Below are positions 28,565 through 39,941 of a stretch of 64,000 nucleotides of DNA, piece by piece. Location of the stretch: assembly GCA_963764625.1 (NCBI GenBank), contig CAVXTH010000006.1:544001-608000 (forward strand). The letters run 5' to 3'. The notes beneath the pieces were generated by a model, which worked only from the letters and a program-made list of their open reading frames with translations, did no database searches and was not told the origin of the DNA. The first letter of the stretch is position 1. Each line of letters opens with the position of its first letter. This DNA is from Candidatus Krumholzibacteriota bacterium (GTDB taxonomy: Bacteria; Krumholzibacteriota; Krumholzibacteriia; JAJRXK01). The translations under genes and the position numbers were made by a program.

Positions 28565-29461
28565 TTGCCCAGCCCTTCCCGTGAGGACGATTTGCATCGC
28601 CTCTTGGAACGCTTCGAGGAACAACCGAACGGCCGCATCTTTGCGCCCCTTGCCGATTGCTATCGCAAATTGAACCGATTGGACGAGGCGTACAAGGTGT
28701 CTGTCGACGGGCTCATGCGTCACCCTCGCTACAGTACCGGCTTCGTCGTCCTGGGGAAGATCCATCTCGATCGCCATGAGCTCGAGGAGGCGCGGACCGC
28801 CTTCGAAACCGTTCTTTCCATCGATCCGGAAAATTTGATCGCGCTGCGTGAACTCGCCGAGGATGCGCGCCGGCGAGGGGATCGCAAGCGGGAGAAAGCC
28901 CTGCGGGAGCAGCTTTCCGCGGTGGATCCGGCCGCCGATGAACTCATCGTGGAGACGGAGGAGCGCCCCGAGGCTCCACAGGCTCAGGGGCAAAAAGAGG
29001 TCGAGGAGGAGGCTACCCTCGTGGTGACGCGACTCCACGACCTGAAGCTGGATCAAGACGAGCCCACCGAGCCGATCGTCCTGACCGCCGTGAGCAAGGA
29101 CGACGAGTTTCAGAATTCCAGTGGTGATTTCGATCCCGAGGGAATCTTCACCGGCGAGACCATCGCCACCGTGACCCTGGCCGACGTCTACTACCAGCAA
29201 GGGTTCAAGGCGAAGGCGCTGGAAATGTATCGCGCGGTTCTCACCCGCCATCCCAAGGCCCCCGGGGTCCTGGAGAAGGCCCAGACCATCGAAGAGGAGC
29301 TGTCGAGCCTGGCGCGGCGTTTCGAGGATACAGGGAACGAGCCAACTACCGAAGAGCTGGCCAATCTGGAGAGGGAGAGCCAACCGCCCCAAAAGGAGCT
29401 CGATCCCGACATGGGCGCCTTCCAATCGTGGATCCAAAAGCACGAGAAACGTGAGCCATGA
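28565..29461 (+). CDS. Tetratricopeptide-repeat protein with acidic linker
   Basis: N-terminal TPRs ([10 protein letters not shown]..., [11 protein letters not shown]), acidic low-complexity linker, C-terminal [21 protein letters not shown]. Confidence 0.8.
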   Translation: MPSPSREDDLHRLLERFEEQPNGRIFAPLADCYRKLNRLDEAYKVSVDGLMRHPRYSTGFVVLGKIHLDRHELEEARTAFETVLSIDPENLIALRELAEDARRRGDRKREKALREQLSAVDPAADELIVETEERPEAPQAQGQKEVEEEATLVVTRLHDLKLDQDEPTEPIVLTAVSKDDEFQNSSGDFDPEGIFTGETIATVTLADVYYQQGFKAKALEMYRAVLTRHPKAPGVLEKAQTIEEELSSLARRFEDTGNEPTTEELANLERESQPPQKELDPDMGAFQSWIQKHEKREP

Positions 29462-29919
29462 GCGGAGCGTCGCTGGAGGGCTCCATGCACATCCAGGTTT
29501 TGCACGGGCCCAACCTCAATCTGTTGGGAAGCCGTGAACCTTCTATCTATGGACGGGTGGGCCTGGCTGAAATCGACCGGGCTCTTCACGAGCTCGCGGA
29601 GGAACTCTCGGTCGATCTGGACATTTTGCAGAGCAATCACGAGGGTGAGCTCATCGACTGCATCCAGCGCAGCACGCAGTCCGCGGGATTCCTCATCAAT
29701 CCCGCCGGTTTGGGTCACACGAGCGTGGCCCTGCGGGACGCGCTGCTCGCCGTGAACTTGCCCTTTGTGGAGGTTCATTGTAGTAACATTCTGGCCCGGG
29801 AGAGCTTTCGCCAGTCCACGCTTCTCTGCGACGTGGCGCTGGGTGTGGTGATGGGCTTCGGGCCCGACAGCTACACGCTCGGACTGAGAGCTTTGGTGGC
29901 GCATCTGAATTCAGACTAA
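29458..29919 (+). CDS. aroQ: Type II 3-dehydroquinate dehydratase
   Basis: [49 protein letters not shown]. Confidence 0.96.
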   Translation: MSGASLEGSMHIQVLHGPNLNLLGSREPSIYGRVGLAEIDRALHELAEELSVDLDILQSNHEGELIDCIQRSTQSAGFLINPAGLGHTSVALRDALLAVNLPFVEVHCSNILARESFRQSTLLCDVALGVVMGFGPDSYTLGLRALVAHLNSD

Positions 29920-29946
29920 CCCGATACCGAGTAGGATCATCGATCA

Positions 29947-30504
29947 ATGGCGGATACCAGCGATTTCAGAAACGGCTTCGTGCTCGAGTTGGACACGGGC
30001 ATGTGGGCGATCGTGGAGTTCCAACACGTTAAACCGGGCAAGGGCCCGGCTTTCGTTCGCACGAAGTTGAAGAACGTCGAGAACGGAAAGGTAGTGGACA
30101 AGACCTTTCGCTCCGGGGAAAAAGTGACCGAGGTTCGGCTGGAGGCTCAGGAATTCCAGTATCTCTATCATGATGGCGTCCACCATCATTTTATGAATAC
30201 CGCGACCTACGAGCAGATTCAGCTTCCCCAAGAGGTGCTGAGCGACGCGCTACAGTACCTGAAGGAGAACGACACCGTGAAGCTCCTCATGCGGGGTAGC
30301 GTCGCGGTGACCATCGAGGTCGCAAATTTCGTCGAGCTGAAGATCACCCAGACCGATCCCGGAGTTCGCGGTGATACGGCCCAGGGAGGCAGCAAACCTG
30401 CTACGCTCGAGACGGGCCTGGTCGTTTCGGTTCCCCTGTTCGTCGACGAGGGAGAGACCATTCGCATCGACACCAGGACTGGAAAATACCTCTCCCGAGT
30501 CTGA
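29947..30504 (+). CDS. efp: Elongation factor P
   Basis: [48 protein letters not shown]. Confidence 0.97.
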   Translation: MADTSDFRNGFVLELDTGMWAIVEFQHVKPGKGPAFVRTKLKNVENGKVVDKTFRSGEKVTEVRLEAQEFQYLYHDGVHHHFMNTATYEQIQLPQEVLSDALQYLKENDTVKLLMRGSVAVTIEVANFVELKITQTDPGVRGDTAQGGSKPATLETGLVVSVPLFVDEGETIRIDTRTGKYLSRV

Positions 30505-30529
30505 GCGGAGAGAGCCCGAAGGAGACTCA

Positions 30530-31003
<474 letters not shown>

Positions 31004-31032
31004 CTGAGCTCCCAAGTTGCGAATTCAGGCCA

Positions 31033-31062
31033 CAAAGGGGCGGTCATTTGGACCGCCCTTTG
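31033..31062 (+). terminator. Hairpin terminator after accB
   Basis: CAAAGGGGCGGTC-ATTTG-GACCGCCCTTTG. Confidence 0.6.
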
Positions 31063-31168
31063 CTGCTCCGGGGAACGGGACCGAGCGGCCCCCCCGCACC
31101 CTCCGCCCTGAGGAATCCCGAGGGACGGACGGGAAGCATGAAACCTCTCCTGGAGTGGAGCTGAGATC

Positions 31169-32341
31169 ATGGCCTTGAACATCAAAGCCATTCTGCAACG
31201 TATGATCGAATTGAGGGCGAGCGACCTGCACTTGAAGGTCGGTGTTTGCCCGAACGTTCGCGTCGACGGCAAACTCGAACCTTTGGCCGAATTCGAACCA
31301 CCGACCCCCAAAGACATGCAGCAAGTGGCCGAGAGCATTTTGACCCCTATGCAGCGCGAGGTCTTCGAGGCCACTCGAGAGGTCGACTTCGCCTTCGGCG
31401 TTCCGGGGCTGGCCCGGTTCCGCGCCAACTTCTATGTCCAGAGGGGAAGCACAGCGATGGTGTTTCGCCACGTACCGGTGGAAATCCAACCTCTTGATGA
31501 ACTCGGCTTGCCACCGGTGGTGAGAGAGATGGCCCTTCTCCCGCGTGGACTGGTGCTGGTGACCGGGACCGTGGGATCAGGAAAGTCCACCACCCTGGCG
31601 GGCATGATCGACGTGATCAACGACTCGCTCAACGACAACATCATCACGATCGAAGACCCCATCGAGTTTCTCCACAAAGACAAGCTGAGTATCGTGAACC
31701 AGCGCGAGGTGGGTACCGATACCTCCACTTTCATGGAAGCGCTACGGCACGTACTGCGTCAGGATCCGAACGTGATTCTCATCGGCGAGATTCGCGACGC
31801 CGAGACCATGAAAACAGCATTGACCGCAGCGGATACCGGACACATGGTCTTCTCTACGCTTCACACCATCGACGCGCCTCAGACCATCCAGAGGATCATC
31901 TCCTTCTTCCCGCCGCATCAGCATCAGGAGATCCGTTTACTCTTGGCGAACACCTTGCGCGGGATCATCAGTCAGCGGCTGATCCGCCGGGCCGACAACA
32001 ATGGCCGGGTTCCCGCGGTCGAGGTCATGGTGAACACGACCACGATCGCCGAGTACATCAGCGATCCGGAAAAGACCCACATGATCTCCGACGCGATTTC
32101 CGAAGGCTACGTGGCCTACCAGATGCAGACCTTCGATCAATCGCTGATGGCACTGTTCAAGAGGGGTCTCATCACTCTCGACGAGGCCATGAGGGCGTCC
32201 AGCAACCCGCACGAGTTCAGTCTTCGCGTCAAGGGGATCCACAGTGGCAGTGACGCCAAGTGGGATCGCTTCGAGCAGGCCGGCAACGAGAGTGAAAGTC
32301 CCAACGTCACCGGTTCCACCGAGGACTTCGTGAAGCTCTAG
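31169..32341 (+). CDS. pilT: Type IV pilus retraction ATPase, PilT/PilU family
   Basis: ASDLHL, RFRAN, Walker [12 protein letters not shown], Asp box [25 protein letters not shown], His box [19 protein letters not shown]. Confidence 0.93.
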   Translation: MALNIKAILQRMIELRASDLHLKVGVCPNVRVDGKLEPLAEFEPPTPKDMQQVAESILTPMQREVFEATREVDFAFGVPGLARFRANFYVQRGSTAMVFRHVPVEIQPLDELGLPPVVREMALLPRGLVLVTGTVGSGKSTTLAGMIDVINDSLNDNIITIEDPIEFLHKDKLSIVNQREVGTDTSTFMEALRHVLRQDPNVILIGEIRDAETMKTALTAADTGHMVFSTLHTIDAPQTIQRIISFFPPHQHQEIRLLLANTLRGIISQRLIRRADNNGRVPAVEVMVNTTTIAEYISDPEKTHMISDAISEGYVAYQMQTFDQSLMALFKRGLITLDEAMRASSNPHEFSLRVKGIHSGSDAKWDRFEQAGNESESPNVTGSTEDFVKL

Positions 32342-32370
32342 ACCCGTGTCGAAAACCACACTTGGGGCCG

Positions 32371-32398
32371 GTCCCGGTGGCGGATGCCTCCGGGACTT
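32371..32398 (+). terminator. Hairpin after pilT
   Basis: GTCCCGGTGGC-GGAT-GCCTCCGGGAC-TT (one mismatch, weak U-tract). Confidence 0.4.
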
Positions 32399-32425
32399 GC
32401 CGTATTCCAGAAGTTCGTCCATTCT
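32397..32425 (+). promoter_or_regulatory. Putative sigma70 promoter for accC
   Basis: TTGCCG-N17-CATTCT. Confidence 0.4.
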
Positions 32426-32490
32426 CAGGAGCATGTTCTCAGCCTGAGGTGACCCTGCGTGGGCCGTGTCGAGCAGCCGGGGAGTGCTTA

Positions 32491-33864
32491 ATGATCGAAA
32501 AGGTTCTCGTGGCGAATCGGGGGGAGATCGCCCTGCGCGTGATGCGTGCCTGCCGCGAGCTGGGAATCAAATGCGTTGCGGTCCATTCGAGCGTCGATGC
32601 GGATTCACTCCACGTGAAGTTCGCCGACGAATCGGTATGCATCGGAGGGCACCTCGCTTCCGAGAGCTACCTCAACATTCCCAGAATCATGGCCGCGGCC
32701 GAGATCACGGGTGCAGACGCGGTACATCCCGGGTACGGATTCTTGGCCGAGAACGCGGAGTTCGCCGAGATCGTTCGTTCCTGTGAGCTGGTGTGGATCG
32801 GACCCTCCCCCGAGGTCATCGCGCGCATGGGCGACAAAAACGCAGCGCGCGAGGCGGCACGGTTGGCCGGGGTTTCGGTTGTGCCCGGTTCCAAGGGACT
32901 CGTTGCCGATGCCGACGAAGCGGCGAGAGTGGCCGAGAGTATCGGCTATCCCGTCATGCTCAAGGCGGTGGCCGGCGGCGGTGGCAAGGGGATGCGCCCT
33001 GCCATGGACGAAGATCAACTGCGCAAGGCGTTCGTGACCGCCGCCACCGAAGCGGCCACCGCGTTCAAGAACGGCGACCTCTATTTGGAAAAACTGGTCC
33101 TGAGACCCCGGCACATCGAGATCCAAATTCTGGGGGACAACCAGGGCAATCTCCTGCATCTGGGAGAACGCGACTGTTCCATTCAGCGCCGCCACCAGAA
33201 GCTCATGGAGGAAGCTCCCTCTCCCGCGGTCGACGATGCGCTGCGGGCCCGCATGGGCGAAGCGGCACTGCGACTCTCGCGACAGGTAGACTACGTTTCG
33301 GCGGGAACCATCGAGTTCCTTCTCGACGCCTCGGGCAAATTTTACTTCATGGAAATGAACACCCGGATCCAGGTCGAGCACCCGGTGACGGAGATGGTCA
33401 CGGGCCTGGACATCGTGAAGGAGCAGATTCGCATTGCGGCGGGTGAGGAACTGCGCCACAAGCAAGAGGACATCGTCATCCGCGGTCACGCCATCGAATG
33501 TCGCATCAACGCCGAGGATCCGTCGCGGAATTTCGCGCCCGCGCCGGGAAAGATCATGACTTTCCATCCTCCGGGAGGGCCCGGCGTCCGTCTGGATACC
33601 CACATCTACGCCGACTTCGTGGTCAGCCCGCACTACGACTCGCTCCTGGCCAAGCTCATCTGCCACGGCCAGGACCGCAAGGAGGCGATCGCGCGCATGC
33701 ATCGCGCTCTGAGCGAGATGGTGATCGAGGGCACTGCGACCACCATTCCCTTCCATCTGCAGGTTCTCGCCGACCCCATCTTCCAGAGGGGCGAAGCTAC
33801 AACGGCTTACCTCGAGGACCGCATGCAGAGCCTGAAGGAGTCCCTGGAACTCAGCGAGGCGTGA
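32491..33864 (+). CDS. accC: Biotin carboxylase
   Basis: ATG 32491 after GGGGAG; [51 protein letters not shown]. Confidence 0.97.
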   Translation: MIEKVLVANRGEIALRVMRACRELGIKCVAVHSSVDADSLHVKFADESVCIGGHLASESYLNIPRIMAAAEITGADAVHPGYGFLAENAEFAEIVRSCELVWIGPSPEVIARMGDKNAAREAARLAGVSVVPGSKGLVADADEAARVAESIGYPVMLKAVAGGGGKGMRPAMDEDQLRKAFVTAATEAATAFKNGDLYLEKLVLRPRHIEIQILGDNQGNLLHLGERDCSIQRRHQKLMEEAPSPAVDDALRARMGEAALRLSRQVDYVSAGTIEFLLDASGKFYFMEMNTRIQVEHPVTEMVTGLDIVKEQIRIAAGEELRHKQEDIVIRGHAIECRINAEDPSRNFAPAPGKIMTFHPPGGPGVRLDTHIYADFVVSPHYDSLLAKLICHGQDRKEAIARMHRALSEMVIEGTATTIPFHLQVLADPIFQRGEATTAYLEDRMQSLKESLELSEA

Positions 33865-33867
33865 TTC

Positions 33868-34518
33868 GTGGGGCATCCCTTCCTGCCACGGCTCTTGGGG
33901 CCGCAGGTTCTCCTCTATGCCATCCTGGACGCGGGCCTGTGCGAGGCGACAGCGCTAGTGGAAACCGGCACAGCGCTGCTCGAGGCGGGGGTCGACCTGC
34001 TGCAGCTGCGCGGCAAGGAACTCTCCGCGCGTGAGCTCCTCGAAGTGTCGCGCCAACTCCTGCCGCGTTGCCGCGAGGCCCAAGTTCCCTTCCTCGTGAA
34101 TGATCGGCTCGACGTGGCGCTCGCCGCGGGGGCCGATGGGGTGCATCTGGGGCAGGCGGACCTTCCGCTCGCCGCTGCGCGAGAACTGATGGGATCCGAG
34201 CTCATCCTCGGCGGTTCCACCCACGATCTGGCCGAGATCCGGGAGGCCGAGGCGGTGGCGGATTATCTGGGCTTCGGAGCCCTATTTCCCACGAATACGC
34301 GCCCAGACAGCCGGATCCGCGGTCCGCAAGCGTTGACCGAGGCAGTGGCGGCCACTACACTGCCGGTGTTCGCGATCGGAGGGATCGAGGTGGAGAACCT
34401 CGGACAATTGAAGGGCTGTGGGATGACGGGAATCGCCGTTGCCTCGGCTCTTCTGCGGGGCCCCTCGCGCCGTGAGGCGGTCGAACGCCTGCGGCGGGCC
34501 CTTCAAACCCTTGGCTGA
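33868..34518 (+). CDS. thiE: Thiamine-phosphate synthase
   Basis: QLRGK, NDRLDVALA, GVHLGQ.D, STH, DYLGFG..FPT, FAIGGI. Confidence 0.9.
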   Translation: MGHPFLPRLLGPQVLLYAILDAGLCEATALVETGTALLEAGVDLLQLRGKELSARELLEVSRQLLPRCREAQVPFLVNDRLDVALAAGADGVHLGQADLPLAAARELMGSELILGGSTHDLAEIREAEAVADYLGFGALFPTNTRPDSRIRGPQALTEAVAATTLPVFAIGGIEVENLGQLKGCGMTGIAVASALLRGPSRREAVERLRRALQTLG

Positions 34519-34538
34519 CCTTCTCCCCGGCGGCATCT

Positions 34539-36953
34539 GTGAAGAAGAGCAATCTAACGCTGGCCAAGGTCCTGCTTTCGGGCCTGTTGAGTCTCTTTCT
34601 CGCGGTGTCCTGCTTCGTGGCTCGTCCCGGTGTGCCCGCCAGCTTTGGCGCCGCGCTCCGGGTCGCGACGAGTCCGCAGGCGAGCGTGGTGGGACCGGTC
34701 GGCGAGATCCTAGCGGGGGTGGCCGCCTGGTCCCTGGGACCCTGGTTCCGCTGGTTACTGGTCCTGCTGCCCTGGGTGTGGGTCCCGTTTCAACGAGGCA
34801 AGGTCAAGGACCGGCGGCTGGCGCGGGGTCGTGCGGCCCTCGTCGCCTTGGTCGTGGGACTGGCTCTGATGCTCCTGGGGCATCCCGTCCTCGGGCGTGC
34901 CGGGGTGCCGGCCCGCGCCGGGGGCATCATCGGCAGCTGGCTGCATCACCTCGTCGATTCCGTGCTGGGATCTCTGGGAGCGTTTCTCGTCCCGGCCGGC
35001 CTTCTCGCCTTCCTCTTGATTCGGATTCTGCCCCCTCTGCGGGTGGAACTCCCTTTCCTGGACCGAATTCAGGGGGCACTGGACGCGACGGGTGCCTTGC
35101 TCGTGGCCGCCTGGAGAGCCATCGGAGAGCTCGCGCGGCTGCCTTGGATCGCCGTGTCGGACATGGTCGAACGCTGGCGGCAACGCAGGCAAGAGGCGCG
35201 GGCCCGGCGAAGCTCGGAAACCCGCCACGGCAAGCCCCACATCGTCTCTTTCCATCCGAGTGCCCACGAGGCCTCGGCCGCGCCCAACGCCCGTTCTGGA
35301 ATGGAGGAGGAAGGCGAGCATTCCGCCTCACGCGTAGAGGAGAGTGCTGCGGCGGAACGTGAGCTCGAGGAAGCGGTGGCGAACATGGCGCGCGCGGCCA
35401 ACGCCGTGGACGACTTTGCGGAGGAGGAGGAGAACCTCGACTTCTCGCTGAGTCGAGATCCCAGTGAATTGACGCAAGAGGAGCAACGGGCCCGACGGCG
35501 TCGCCTCCGCCGCGGCGCTTATCCTCTGCCTCCCCTGGAAACGCTGGACGATGTACCCAAGGAGAGCCGCGGATTCTCGCGTGAAGCTCTGCAGATGAAC
35601 GCGCAGCTGCTCATGGATACTCTAGCCAGTTTCGGGATCGAGGGCCGCATCAACGAGATCCGCCCCGGTCCGGTCGTGACCACCTTCGAGTTCGAGCCCG
35701 ATCGGGGCGTCAGGGTGAGCCAGATCACCAGCCGCGCCGACGACATTGCGCTGGCGATGCGCGCCGTTCGCATTCGAATCGAAGCCCCGATCCCGGGCAA
35801 GGCGGCGGTGGGTATCGAAGTTCCCAATCCCTTCCCGCAGACGGTGACGCTCAAGGAAGTGCTGGGCAGTCTCGAAGGCGACGAGAGCCTGCCGGCGTTG
35901 ACTGTCGGGTTGGGAAAGGATACCGAGGGAAATCCGGTCAGCGCGAACCTGGCCGAGATGCCGCACCTACTGGTTGCGGGTGCGACTGGAAGCGGGAAGA
36001 GCGTCTGTCTCAATTCGCTGATCTGCAGCCTCTTGTTACGCAACGGTCCCGACCAGGTTCGGCTATTGCTGATCGATCCGAAGATGCTGGAGCTCTCCAC
36101 CTACAACGGAATTCCGCACCTCCTGCACCCAGTCATCACCGATTCCAAGGAAGCGCTGAAGGCGCTGAAGCTCATGGTGGTCGAGATGACGGTGCGGTAC
36201 AACAATTTGGCCAAGCATGGCGTGCGGAACATCCTCGAGTACAACACGAAAGTGAAGGCGGGGAAGGTCAAGGATGCGCAGGGCCAACGCGTCGAAGAAG
36301 CGATGAACTACATCGTGATCATCGTCGACGAACTTGCCGACCTCATGATGCTGCTGGGTTCGGAACTCGAGACTCCCGTCGCGCGCCTGGCCCAGATGGC
36401 GCGTGCGGTGGGGATTCATCTGGTTCTGGCCACACAGCGTCCGTCGGTGAACGTGATCACCGGGGTGATCAAGGCCAACTTTCCCTCGCGCATCGGATTC
36501 AGGGTCATCTCCAAAGTGGACAGCCGGACCATTCTCGATGTGATGGGTGCGGAGGCTCTGCTCGGAAAGGGCGACAGTCTTTTCATCATGGGCGGGATGT
36601 CGCAGCCCAGGCGCGTGCATGGGGCGTTTCTGAGCACCGAGGAGTGCGAACGAATCACCGAGCACTGGATCCCCCTGACCGAAGAAGTGGCCAAGCTCGA
36701 CCTCATGGATGCCGACTCGGTCAGGAGCGCCCTCGACCTGGGCGAGGACGACCTTCTCGAGGACGCCCGACGCATCGTGGTCATCGCGCAGAGCGGCTCG
36801 ACCAGCATGTTGCAGAGAAAACTACGGGTGGGGTACACGCGCGCCGCGAGGCTCATGGACATGCTCGAGGAGTTGGGAGTGGTTGGGCCGTTCGAGGGTT
36901 CGAAGGCCCGTGAAGTTCTCGTGACTCCTGAGGAATTCGAGGCGGAGGGATGA
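34539..36953 (+). CDS. ftsK: DNA translocase FtsK
   Basis: N-terminal transmembrane helices; GPVVT, IPGK..VGIEVPN, PHLLVAGATGSGKS, DPKMLEL, DELADLM, ATQRPS; gamma domain SMLQRKLRVGYTRAAR. Confidence 0.96.
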   Translation: MKKSNLTLAKVLLSGLLSLFLAVSCFVARPGVPASFGAALRVATSPQASVVGPVGEILAGVAAWSLGPWFRWLLVLLPWVWVPFQRGKVKDRRLARGRAALVALVVGLALMLLGHPVLGRAGVPARAGGIIGSWLHHLVDSVLGSLGAFLVPAGLLAFLLIRILPPLRVELPFLDRIQGALDATGALLVAAWRAIGELARLPWIAVSDMVERWRQRRQEARARRSSETRHGKPHIVSFHPSAHEASAAPNARSGMEEEGEHSASRVEESAAAERELEEAVANMARAANAVDDFAEEEENLDFSLSRDPSELTQEEQRARRRRLRRGAYPLPPLETLDDVPKESRGFSREALQMNAQLLMDTLASFGIEGRINEIRPGPVVTTFEFEPDRGVRVSQITSRADDIALAMRAVRIRIEAPIPGKAAVGIEVPNPFPQTVTLKEVLGSLEGDESLPALTVGLGKDTEGNPVSANLAEMPHLLVAGATGSGKSVCLNSLICSLLLRNGPDQVRLLLIDPKMLELSTYNGIPHLLHPVITDSKEALKALKLMVVEMTVRYNNLAKHGVRNILEYNTKVKAGKVKDAQGQRVEEAMNYIVIIVDELADLMMLLGSELETPVARLAQMARAVGIHLVLATQRPSVNVITGVIKANFPSRIGFRVISKVDSRTILDVMGAEALLGKGDSLFIMGGMSQPRRVHGAFLSTEECERITEHWIPLTEEVAKLDLMDADSVRSALDLGEDDLLEDARRIVVIAQSGSTSMLQRKLRVGYTRAARLMDMLEELGVVGPFEGSKAREVLVTPEEFEAEG

Positions 36954-38347
36954 TCTCGAATCCGCGCGTCTATCTCGAAACCCTGGGTTGCGAAAAGAAT
37001 CTCGTCGATTCGCAGGCCGCGATGGGCCTCTTGCTGCAGCAGGGATTCCGCGCGGTGGAGCGCCCGGAAGAGGCCGAGTTGGTGGTACTCAACACCTGCG
37101 GATTTCTCGCGGCGGCCCGTGACGAATCGATGGACCGCATCCGCGAGCTCGCCGAGCTCAAGGGAGAGGCAAAATTCGTGGTCATGGGGTGCTTCGTTCA
37201 AGGGCAGACTCATCCCATCCAATCGCTCGTGCCCCAAGTCGATCACGTCCTGGGAGTCGGGCAGTACGAGAAGCTCGCGGGGCTCCTTCACGCGAGCGCA
37301 AGAGACTCCGTTCTGGCTCTGCCCGAAGAGGCACCCTACGCCGGCTACGGGGTGAGGAGTCTGGGCAAGCTTCGACACGTCGCGCACATCAAGATCGCCG
37401 AGGGCTGCAATCAGTCGTGTTCCTTTTGCAAGATTCCCTTTCTCAGGGGACGGCAGCGCAGCCGCCCCGTGGAAGATATCGTGGAGGAAGCACGAGCGCT
37501 GGTGAGGGACGGAGTCCGGGAACTCATCCTGATCGCGCAGAACACTTCGGCCTACGGAGTGGATTTGCCGCACAAGCCGCGTTTGGGCGAATTGTGCCGG
37601 GCGCTGGCCGAGCTCGACGAAGTGCGCTGGATTCGCATCATGTACGCGTTTCCCGCGATGTTCACCGATCAGCTCATGCACGAAGTGTACGAAGTCGAGA
37701 AAGTCGTATCCTATCTCGACATTCCCATTCAGCACGCGAGCCCGCGTATCCTGAAGGCCATGGGCCGAGGCTACGATCCATCGCGCCTGCGCCGGCAGAT
37801 CGAGACCCTTCGGAGCCTGCGCCCTGAGATCATGCTCCGGACGACGGCGCTGCTCGGGTTTCCCGGGGAGGAAGAGGAAGACGTGGTCGAGTTGCTTGAT
37901 TTTCTGGCCGAGCTGAGCTTCGATCACCTGGTTAGCTTTGCCTACAGTCACGAGGAACAGACGCCCGCTTTCGCGCTGGTGGATGAAGTCGATCCCGCGG
38001 AAAAGGAGGATCGCCGGGCGCGGGTGGAGGATTTGGGTTGGGACCTGGCTTTGGAACGCAAGAGAAGGCTCTTGGGTAGAAGACTGACGGTCGTGGTGGA
38101 CGAGGTCTTCAAGAACTCAGCCGAAGCTGAATTGAGCGCGCTTCCGCTGGAAGTCGGCGCAGAGTTTCGGCCCGATCAGCCGGTGGCATTCGCGCGGAGC
38201 GAGGGATTCTGCGAAGGGATCGATGGAGGAATCTGGCTCGCAGGTGATGGAATCTCGGCCGGGCAGATGGTCGAAGTCGTTCCCGAGTCGTGTGGTCCTT
38301 TCGATCTGTGGGCACGAGCGGAACCGAACCCCGGGGGATTGGCATGA
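36950..38347 (+). CDS. rimO: Ribosomal protein S12 methylthiotransferase
   Basis: LGCEKNLVDS, NTCGF, radical SAM CNQSCSFC, YLDIPIQH, C-terminal TRAM-like EGIDG. Confidence 0.9.
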   Translation: MISNPRVYLETLGCEKNLVDSQAAMGLLLQQGFRAVERPEEAELVVLNTCGFLAAARDESMDRIRELAELKGEAKFVVMGCFVQGQTHPIQSLVPQVDHVLGVGQYEKLAGLLHASARDSVLALPEEAPYAGYGVRSLGKLRHVAHIKIAEGCNQSCSFCKIPFLRGRQRSRPVEDIVEEARALVRDGVRELILIAQNTSAYGVDLPHKPRLGELCRALAELDEVRWIRIMYAFPAMFTDQLMHEVYEVEKVVSYLDIPIQHASPRILKAMGRGYDPSRLRRQIETLRSLRPEIMLRTTALLGFPGEEEEDVVELLDFLAELSFDHLVSFAYSHEEQTPAFALVDEVDPAEKEDRRARVEDLGWDLALERKRRLLGRRLTVVVDEVFKNSAEAELSALPLEVGAEFRPDQPVAFARSEGFCEGIDGGIWLAGDGISAGQMVEVVPESCGPFDLWARAEPNPGGLA

Positions 38348-38997
38348 GGACGGCAAATCGGATTATTCTGTCCCTGGCGCTCGCGCTCTGCTTGTGGGCG
38401 AGTGAGAGTCAGGCTTCCCCGCCTCTCTCCAACCAAGAGATCCTGGCCAAGGCGACCGCGGATTTGAGCCAGCAGATTCAGAAGATCCTGACGGCACAGG
38501 CGAACGACTCGCTGAAGATCGCACTCCGCGCTACCGTGGACTCCGACTTCAATCAGTCCTTCCAAGACGCGCTGGCGCCGGCTCTTTTGGATCGAGGATG
38601 GGACGTGTGGATTCTCAAGCAAAATCAAGAGCCACAGGCCGGCACCCTGCTGCTGGAATACAAACTCCTTCAGGCTTCGCTGAGCTACCCCTCGCAGGAC
38701 CACGGCTTCCTCGGCCTGGGGACGCCCACCGTAAAGAGGGTCGTCGATCTGGGAATCGAAGGCCGGCTCGAGTCCCCCGAGGATGGACGATTGTTCTGGC
38801 AAGGTCAGCCCTCGAGCCACTTCTCCGACCGGATCGCCCTCAGCGACATGCAATCGGCTCAGACGGGACAGCCCACTTGGCTGAAAACTCCCAAGACAGA
38901 TACCCAGACCGCCACCCACGCCGGCTTCCTCGAGAAACTGACCATCGCCGGTCTGGTGGGAGCCGTGGTCGCCCTCTACATCTCTGGAGCTCAATGA
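38344..38997 (+). CDS. Hypothetical exported protein with C-terminal hydrophobic helix
   Basis: ATGA overlap with rimO; signal peptide MRTANRIILSLALALCLWASESQA; C-terminal LTIAGLVGAVVALYI. Confidence 0.7.
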   Translation: MRTANRIILSLALALCLWASESQASPPLSNQEILAKATADLSQQIQKILTAQANDSLKIALRATVDSDFNQSFQDALAPALLDRGWDVWILKQNQEPQAGTLLLEYKLLQASLSYPSQDHGFLGLGTPTVKRVVDLGIEGRLESPEDGRLFWQGQPSSHFSDRIALSDMQSAQTGQPTWLKTPKTDTQTATHAGFLEKLTIAGLVGAVVALYISGAQ

Positions 38998-39941
38998 CCA
39001 TGCAGTCTTTTCGAATGCGAATCGCCAAAGTGCCTCTCCTCGCGCTTCTCGTCTTCACCGTCTTCGCGTGCGGGAAAAGCCCTACCCAGGACCGCGATGG
39101 GGAATTGCACGCTCTCGCGGAGAAGCAGAATTGGAAGGAGATCCAGGCGAGAGTCGAGATGTACCAGAAGAACGGCGAGCACGGCGCGATCCTGGACTAC
39201 TGGAGGGGAGTGGCTTGCCTCCAACAAGACGAGGACGTTCCCGCGCAGCGATGGCTGGATCAGGCCGTCGCGGCTGATTCGAGCCTGGCCTTCAAGGTGG
39301 CCGATCAGTATCGCGTCGCCGCCGAGAGGGACGTGAATAACGAGTGGAACGGTCGAGGAGGGCATCGGCTCATGCGGGCCTATCTCTTGGACCACAAGCC
39401 CGAGATGGGGAAGCTCGAAGTCGACGTGGCCAAGCTTCTCTTCGACGGAAAGAAATTCAAAGAAGCGATACCGGTGCTGCAGGATCTTCTGGACCGGCGG
39501 GGGGAAAGCGTAATCTCGAAGCAGCGTTGGAGATATCTGCTCGGCCGCAGCTATGAAGAATGCGGACTCACCGAGGCCGGTCTCGCGGAATATCGGAAGT
39601 ACTGGGCCGACTGGGGGGACGAACCCGAAAGTGTTTGGCGTGACCGCGTGCGCTATCGCTGCGGGGTGATTCTGCTCGCCCAGGCCAAGGATCAGAGGGA
39701 GCGCGGATTGCCGAGCGCGGCTCTCAAGTTGCTGGAGGAGCTCCGCTCGATGCACTGCGAGGTCGATCAACAGGCGGAGGCATACTACGAAGAGGGCCAG
39801 TGCTACGAAGCACTCGGGCAACCGCAGGAGGCATTGAAGAGTTATCGAAGCTGTATGGATCTTCCTCAAAACGCGGGTGGGAATGGCAGAGATGAAGCGA
39901 GGAAAAGAGTGGCTGCACTCAGGACTTCCGGTGTTCACTAG
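38994..39941 (+). CDS. TPR lipoprotein
   Basis: ATGA overlap; lipobox VFAC; TPRs (YLLGRSYEECG, AYYEEGQCYEALGQ..EALKSY). Confidence 0.75.
   Translation: MTMQSFRMRIAKVPLLALLVFTVFACGKSPTQDRDGELHALAEKQNWKEIQARVEMYQKNGEHGAILDYWRGVACLQQDEDVPAQRWLDQAVAADSSLAFKVADQYRVAAERDVNNEWNGRGGHRLMRAYLLDHKPEMGKLEVDVAKLLFDGKKFKEAIPVLQDLLDRRGESVISKQRWRYLLGRSYEECGLTEAGLAEYRKYWADWGDEPESVWRDRVRYRCGVILLAQAKDQRERGLPSAALKLLEELRSMHCEVDQQAEAYYEEGQCYEALGQPQEALKSYRSCMDLPQNAGGNGRDEARKRVAALRTSGVH

Noticed and set aside
31063-31168. c-di-GMP or other riboswitch upstream of pilT; TPP or Moco riboswitch upstream of thiE or mog
   Set aside because: No consensus motifs recognised, and thiE and mog have almost no leader space.
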